In this document: in pieces, positions 59,018 through 64,000 of the stretch
How the letters are laid out: the number at the start of each line of letters is the position of its first letter
Position numbering within the stretch: position 1 is the stretch's first letter
NCBI GenBank assembly: GCA_963812015.1
Contig: CAWETI010000003.1
Location: 1,856,001 to 1,920,000, forward strand
Source: an uncultured delta proteobacterium
GTDB lineage: Bacteria; Desulfobacterota; Desulfobaccia; Desulfobaccales; 0-14-0-80-60-11
Reading direction: 5' to 3'
Length of the DNA stretch: 64,000 nucleotides
Made by a program: the position numbers and the translations under genes
The notes under the pieces: model-generated
Databases searched by the model: none
Told to the model about the DNA's origin: nothing
What the model saw: only the letters and a program-made list of their open reading frames with translations

Positions 59018-59779
59018 GTGCTTATTTTAACCCGCAAGATCGGTGAAAGTATTCTGATAGGCGACAATATCCGGGTGGTGGTTTTGGAAGTGCGCGGCCG
59101 ACAAATCCGGCTGGGCATTGAGGCCCCTACGGATATTGTGGTGCTGAGAGAGGAAATCGCTCAACGCCTCGCCGATGAAAACCTTCAGGCGGCCAATTCC
59201 CAGTTCCAGGACGTACAGCAGGCGCTCAAGTCCTTGGAACCCAAGGTAGTTTGCCGCAAGCCCTTGCGGCCAAGCCAGCCTGGATCTCCCACCGTCATCA
59301 TCGACTCCAAGGCCTTAGGCCAGGTAACGGTGCCGGAAGACCGCATCATTACCTTCGCCGCGGGACTGCCCGGATTTCCCGATTTCCAGCGGTATGCCCT
59401 GCTCAATGGCCAGGTGGCACCGCCGTTCTATTATCTCCAATGCGTAGATAACCCCTCCCTGGCTCTTATAGTGACCGACCCCACCACCTTAGTGCCGGAT
59501 TATCAATCCAAAAACGGCGGGAGCACCTTAAAGGAATTGTGCGCTCAAAGCTACGAGGACTTGCAGGTCCTGGTAACCCTGACCATACCCCCTGGCCGCC
59601 CCCGGGAAATGACCGCGAACTTGATGAGTCCGCTCCTGATTAACCCGGAACTGCGTTTGGGCAAACAGGTAGTCATCGAAAAGTCGCCGTATTCCCATCA
59701 GTATCCGGTGTTATCTTTGAGACCAGGCTGCCAGCCCCAAGGGAACGGGAACAGTAATTCATTGAATGAAGGCTCATGA
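59018..59779 (+). CDS. csrA-fliW: CsrA-FliW fusion protein (253 aa)
   Basis: GTG start [18 protein letters not shown]...LGIEAP..I.VLREEI...EN (CsrA), in frame with [10 protein letters not shown]...[11 protein letters not shown]...[11 protein letters not shown]...GKQVV (FliW); no stop between them. Confidence 0.92.
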   Translation: MLILTRKIGESILIGDNIRVVVLEVRGRQIRLGIEAPTDIVVLREEIAQRLADENLQAANSQFQDVQQALKSLEPKVVCRKPLRPSQPGSPTVIIDSKALGQVTVPEDRIITFAAGLPGFPDFQRYALLNGQVAPPFYYLQCVDNPSLALIVTDPTTLVPDYQSKNGGSTLKELCAQSYEDLQVLVTLTIPPGRPREMTANLMSPLLINPELRLGKQVVIEKSPYSHQYPVLSLRPGCQPQGNGNSNSLNEGS

Positions 59780-60302
59780 TGTTCTCTTTTGTGAACATCT
59801 TTCCTAACCTGATCCCCTATCACGATTACCCCCCACACCTCCTAACCTTAAAAATCGATTAGGGGGGCCCCGAACCCGCCTGGTTGGTTTTCGCCAAAGG
59901 GAACGAGCCTTCCCTTCGGCGCCCCTTGACCGAAAAACTTCCCGGCTCGCCGCCCCTGCCAACGACTGCCCCGGCGCCATCATCCCACGGGTAAGGGGCC
60001 GCCCCGCCTCGATTAGCTTGGGGATTATTCACCAGGCAAAGTCATCGGGGAAAAAGTCTTCTCGAAATTCCGCCTGACCCCGTCAATGGCCGCTGGTAAG
60101 CCACCAGCTGAACCTAAGGTGACCGGGCCTGGGGAAATAAGCCATCCCCTGATTCTTTTTCTTGGGCTTTATTATTGATGGAGGTTTTGATATATTTATT
60201 AGGCAATATCAATTGCTGAGAGTGCGGTTCTTGCGATGGTAACCCCTCATTGTGTAAAGGGAAACGCCAACTGAGATTTTTTTCCAGCGTCCATCAATTA
60301 TA

Positions 60303-60332
60303 TTGACATTTTCCTTTGTGCGCATATATTAT
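60303..60332 (+). promoter_or_regulatory. Putative sigma-70 promoter
   Basis: TTGACA-18 nt-TATTAT upstream of the 60424 gene. Confidence 0.6.
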
Positions 60333-60423
60333 GGCCTGGAAAGGAGTTTGTTGGCTTTTTCTCATTTACTCCACTGGGGGAGGAGAAGCCGGTAATCAAC
60401 CTTAGCAAAAAGGAGGAAGGTGT

Positions 60424-60762
60424 ATGCGGTCTAAATTGTTGGTCGGGTTGCTGGTGGTAGTGGTCGCGGTATTTTTCGTCTCTTCCCTCGCTACGGCTCA
60501 AAAGTTGGGAAGCGCTAAGTTGCTGTGCGTCTCCAAGAAAGAGCTGAAGGGCGAAGAGACTGTGGCTTCGTGCATGGCCAAAGGGGAACGGTTTGCCATC
60601 GTTGATCCTTATGGCATGGTGCGCATCTTAAGCCCGGAAGAAATAGAACTGACCAAGGCTTTTAATCCCAAAGCCTTCGAGACCCGGGCCTTTGGTATGA
60701 GATATCAGCAGTTGGCTCCGGCGCTGCCGCCCATGCCGTCTTTGACCCAGGAAGCTCCGTAA
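60424..60762 (+). CDS. Small exported hypothetical protein
   Basis: Strong SD AGGAGG, signal peptide ending ATA, two Cys, followed by a terminator. Confidence 0.85.
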   Translation: MRSKLLVGLLVVVVAVFFVSSLATAQKLGSAKLLCVSKKELKGEETVASCMAKGERFAIVDPYGMVRILSPEEIELTKAFNPKAFETRAFGMRYQQLAPALPPMPSLTQEAP

Positions 60763-60796
60763 GTCTATTTGCCAACTTCACTTCAGTATGCAGATG

Positions 60797-60829
60797 GCCC
60801 CCAAAGTGCGCTTTGGGGGCTTTCTCTTT
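60797..60829 (+). terminator. Intrinsic terminator
   Basis: GCCCCCAAAG-TGCG-CTTTGGGGGC-TTTCTCTTT. Confidence 0.75.
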
Positions 60830-60845
60830 AACATGAGAGGTTTTT

Positions 60846-61571
60846 ATGCTTGAGATCGATGACCTCTGGGTAAATATCGACGACAAGGAGGTGCTCAAGG
60901 GCATCAACCTCCGGGTGCCCGTGGGGGAGACCCATATCCTCTTTGGCAAGAACGGCTCGGGCAAATCCAGCCTGCTCATGGCCATCATGGGTTTCGAACG
61001 CTATCAGGTGAAGCAGGGCCGGATCAGCTTCCTGGGCCAGGATATCACCCAACTGCCCACCTATGAGCGGGCCCGCCTGGGCCTGGGCCTCTCCTTCCAG
61101 CGCCCCCCCACTATCCGGGGCGTCAAGACTGCGGACCTCTTGCGGGTCTGCTCCCGGGGCGTCGTCGCCCCCGAGGCCCTGGCCGCGGTGTATGATTTTA
61201 CCCCGTTTCTGGAGCGAGAGGTCAATTACGGCTTTTCCGGGGGGGAGATCAAGCGCTCCGAACTCCTGCAATTGCTGGCCCAGAACCCCAAGATGGTGCT
61301 CCTGGACGAACCGGAGTCGGGGGTGGACCTGGAGAACCTCCAGGTAGTGGGGAAGATCATCGCCCACCTGCTCCAAAAGGAGCGCCGCCGCCAGCACCGG
61401 GAAAAATCCGGCCTGATCATCACCCACACCGGCTTCATCATGGATTACGTCAACGCCGATCGGGCTTACATCCTGGGCGACGGCCGCATCTGCTGCCACG
61501 GCAACCCCGGGGAGCTCCTGCACGATATCAAGAACTTCGGTTACGAGGAATGCGCCAAATGTCGCAGATAA
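60846..61571 (+). CDS. sufC: Fe-S assembly ABC ATPase SufC (SmsC-type)
   Basis: GKNGSGKS, FSGGEIKR, LLDEPESGVD, IITH; Cys-rich tail ICC...CAKC. Confidence 0.92.
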   Translation: MLEIDDLWVNIDDKEVLKGINLRVPVGETHILFGKNGSGKSSLLMAIMGFERYQVKQGRISFLGQDITQLPTYERARLGLGLSFQRPPTIRGVKTADLLRVCSRGVVAPEALAAVYDFTPFLEREVNYGFSGGEIKRSELLQLLAQNPKMVLLDEPESGVDLENLQVVGKIIAHLLQKERRRQHREKSGLIITHTGFIMDYVNADRAYILGDGRICCHGNPGELLHDIKNFGYEECAKCRR

Positions 61572-62767
61572 AAAACCGGGCCGAGGAGAGTCGGCATAAA
61601 AAAGCCGCCTTCGGGTCTGATCTTAACCTGGAGGAGTTTTCCCGTCAGGGGGGCGCCTGGGAATACGACCCGGACTACCGGCAGTTTTCCCCGGAGGAAC
61701 GGAGCCGCCTGCTCACCACCGGCATCGAGCTCACTGACGAAGATCATGCCGCCACCTTCCTCCAGGCCGACAAGGCCATCGTCCACTGTCAGACCCGGCA
61801 ACCGGGGGTTGAAGTCCTGCCCATCACCGAAGCGGTGCGCCGCCACGGCTGGGTCAATAACCTCCTCTGGGGCCTGGTGGCGGTGGATGCCGACAAATAC
61901 ACCGCCGCCGCCGAGCTGGAGTTGGACAACGGGTATTTCATCAGGGCCCTCCAAGGGGCTCAAATCGCCCAGCCGGTGGAATCGTGCCTCTACCTGCGCA
62001 CCGACCGGTTTGCCCAACACGTGCACAACCTGGTGGTGGTGGAAGAGGGGGCCTCGCTTCACATCATCACGGGGTGCGCCACCCACCCCGGGGTCCGCTC
62101 CGGCCTTCACATCGGGGTCTCGGAATTCTACGTCAAGAAAGGCGGGCAGCTCACCTTCACCATGATCCACAACTGGGGCGAGGACGTCCATGTGCGCCCC
62201 CGCACCGCGGTCATGGTGGAGGAAGGGGGCCGCTACATCTCCAACTATATCCTGCTGCGGCCGGTGAAGACCGTGCAGATGTATCCCACCGTCACCTTGA
62301 ACGGCGCAGGCGCCGTAGCTCGCATCCAGTCCATCCTTATCGCCCATCCCGGCGGCGAGCTGGACGTGGGCGGCCGGGTGATCCTCAAGGCCCCCCACAC
62401 CCGGGCCGAAATCATCGCCCGCACCCTGGCCATCGGCGGCACCAGCATCGCCCGGGGCCACCTTGTCGGCCTGGTGCCGGACATCAAGGCCCACTTGGAA
62501 TGCCGGGGTCTCATCCTGGGCACCGGGGTGGTCTACGCTATTCCCGAACTGGAGGGCCGGGCGGCCGGGGTGGACATGTCCCATGAAGCCGCGGTGGGCA
62601 AGATCGCCGCCGAGGAAGTGGAATACCTCATGGCCCGGGGTCTGGACGAAGATGAAGCCGTCTCTACCATCGTCCGCGGCTTCCTCAACGTCAAGATCGA
62701 GGGCCTGCCCGCGGCCCTGGAGGAAGAAATGGAGCACGCTATCCAGGAAACCGGCAAGGGGCTGTGA
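61559..62767 (+). CDS. sufB: Fe-S assembly scaffold SufB/SufD family (SmsB-type)
   Basis: IITGC, HIGVSEFYV, HLECRGL, IPELE, SHEAAVGKI..EEVEYLMARG. Confidence 0.9.
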   Translation: MSQIKNRAEESRHKKAAFGSDLNLEEFSRQGGAWEYDPDYRQFSPEERSRLLTTGIELTDEDHAATFLQADKAIVHCQTRQPGVEVLPITEAVRRHGWVNNLLWGLVAVDADKYTAAAELELDNGYFIRALQGAQIAQPVESCLYLRTDRFAQHVHNLVVVEEGASLHIITGCATHPGVRSGLHIGVSEFYVKKGGQLTFTMIHNWGEDVHVRPRTAVMVEEGGRYISNYILLRPVKTVQMYPTVTLNGAGAVARIQSILIAHPGGELDVGGRVILKAPHTRAEIIARTLAIGGTSIARGHLVGLVPDIKAHLECRGLILGTGVVYAIPELEGRAAGVDMSHEAAVGKIAAEEVEYLMARGLDEDEAVSTIVRGFLNVKIEGLPAALEEEMEHAIQETGKGL

Positions 62768-62863
62768 GGTGACGGATATTCGAGGAGAGGTCCAGAGGCC
62801 GAAGAGGCCGAGGGCGGCCGGCTCATCCGGAAAATCCCCGTTGGCCGGTTGAGGCGGCAGGAA

Positions 62864-62906
62864 GAAATATTGCGGGGCACGGCGACGCCGTGCCCCGCAA
62901 TATTTC
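62864..62906. repeat. Perfect 21-bp inverted repeat (REP-like) between convergent genes
   Basis: GAAATATTGCGGGGCACGGCG-A-CGCCGTGCCCCGCAATATTTC. Confidence 0.85.
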
Positions 62907-62928
62907 AGGACGGGGCGGCCCGGGCCGT

Positions 62929-63336
62929 TTACTTCGCCGGCGCCGGGCCTTTCACCGGAATGATTAGGTTGTCCCAGCCCAGCCTGCGGCTCAATCCTGA
63001 GCTGTGCGTCATCAGGCTGGTGAGAAACCAGCGCGACTGCCCCTCGGGGAGGGTGAGCAGCTGGAACCGGGCTTCATAAACCACAGGTTTTTGGTCCTTT
63101 TCGCTGGGGTTGGTGATGAGCACATAGGCTACCTGGGTGGCGGAGTTCTCCCCGGCCTTATAAAATCCATAGAATTCCGCCACCTTACAAAAGTTGGCGT
63201 TCCAGTTATCCAGGGTGTGCTTGGCCGCCGCCGCCGTCAACGGCGAAGCCTGCGGCGAAGAAGGAAAGGCGCAGCCCAGAAAACAACCCAGCAGGAGCAT
63301 CATTGCCGCCAAGCGGCACCAGCCCGACACCTTCAT
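62929..63336 (-). CDS. Hypothetical lipoprotein
   Basis: SD AGGAGGAG, lipobox-like LLGC/FLGC. Confidence 0.75.
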   Translation of the reverse strand: MKVSGWCRLAAMMLLLGCFLGCAFPSSPQASPLTAAAAKHTLDNWNANFCKVAEFYGFYKAGENSATQVAYVLITNPSEKDQKPVVYEARFQLLTLPEGQSRWFLTSLMTHSSGLSRRLGWDNLIIPVKGPAPAK

Positions 63337-63490
63337 GCCCTTCTCCTCCTTTGCCGGCATCGTTGAGAGCGCCTCCGGTTCCGGCCTCCAGCCATCCACG
63401 CAGGCGCGTTATCGCCGCCATAAAAAGATTATGCCCACCGCGGCGCAAGGCTGAACCAGAAAACCTTCTGCCTTCGGGGTTGGGCTTGCT

Positions 63491-63943
63491 TCATTGCTTC
63501 AGCAGCCCTGCTTCCTGGAGCCAGCGTTTTACCTGCTCGAAGGCATCCCGCCCCTGGGCCACCAGGTTGCCTTGAGGACTGAAAATCATGAAAAACGGCA
63601 CCTGCCGGATATTATGCTGCTGCGCCAGGGGCGAGCGCCAGTCAATCCCCTGGACATTCGGCCGGTTAATGTTGACTTTCTTAATGGCCAGGTCCGGGCG
63701 CTTGGCGGCCAGCTGTTGCATGAGGGGGGCCAGGCGGACGCACGGCGGGCAATAAGGGCTGTAGAAATCGATCAGGGTGGTTTTCCCCGGGGTCAACAGG
63801 GATTTAAGGTCCAGGGTCTCGCCGCCGTTGCCGGCATTGGCATCCGCGCCCGCCCCGGCCCAGACGCCGGAGGCCAGGAGCCCCAGAGACAGGATGGCCG
63901 CCAAGACCAGCGACTGCCGGATAAATTTGATGGGGCGCGCCAT
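63491..63943 (-). CDS. Exported thioredoxin-family protein
   Basis: Signal peptide, DFYSPYCPPC, cis-Pro VP motif. Confidence 0.88.
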   Translation of the reverse strand: MARPIKFIRQSLVLAAILSLGLLASGVWAGAGADANAGNGGETLDLKSLLTPGKTTLIDFYSPYCPPCVRLAPLMQQLAAKRPDLAIKKVNINRPNVQGIDWRSPLAQQHNIRQVPFFMIFSPQGNLVAQGRDAFEQVKRWLQEAGLLKQ

Positions 63944-64000
63944 AGCCTTTACATAGTGCCTTACCTGATAGTTGTCAATCATTTTCCCGCCGTCCCCCCG

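Noticed and set aside
60083..60145. Minus-strand 20-aa ORF MAYFPRPGHLRFSWWLTSGH with tandem Trp, resembling a second trpL
   Set aside because: No downstream gene on that strand and no terminator/antiterminator pair; likely chance

Overview
GC-rich bacterial chromosome segment. Gene content and style suggest an anaerobic Desulfobacterota/deltaproteobacterium (inference). It is mostly core metabolism: acpP(partial)-rpiB-glyA-nrdR-ribD, the trp genes, korDABC, suhB, miaB, comF, purL, rsmB, def-fmt, asnS, surA, mfd and a minimal sufC-sufB (SMS-type) pair. I saw no tRNA, rRNA, CRISPR array, transposase or integrase. Highlights: (1) an in-frame CsrA-FliW fusion (regulator joined to its own antagonist) behind a well-formed sigma-54 promoter, with no flagellar genes nearby; (2) two Cache-HAMP class III cyclases carrying the guanylyl-cyclase-type Glu and a PilZ-like tail, flanking an orphan NMT1/THI5-like binding protein, near a GAF-PAS sigma-54 activator that appears to drive an HD/PDE-like gene (candidate cGMP circuit); (3) a Trp attenuator missed by the ORF track (probably leaderless MEITFEFSWCWWRVMAGS peptide, antiterminator, two tandem terminators), heading a trp operon split by ~8 kb of kor and beta-helix membrane-protein genes; (4) several REP/MITE-like repeat families, some inside coding sequence; (5) a T9 frameshift splitting an AT-rich SGNH-like gene, and a 54-aa ORF hidden between korA and korB.
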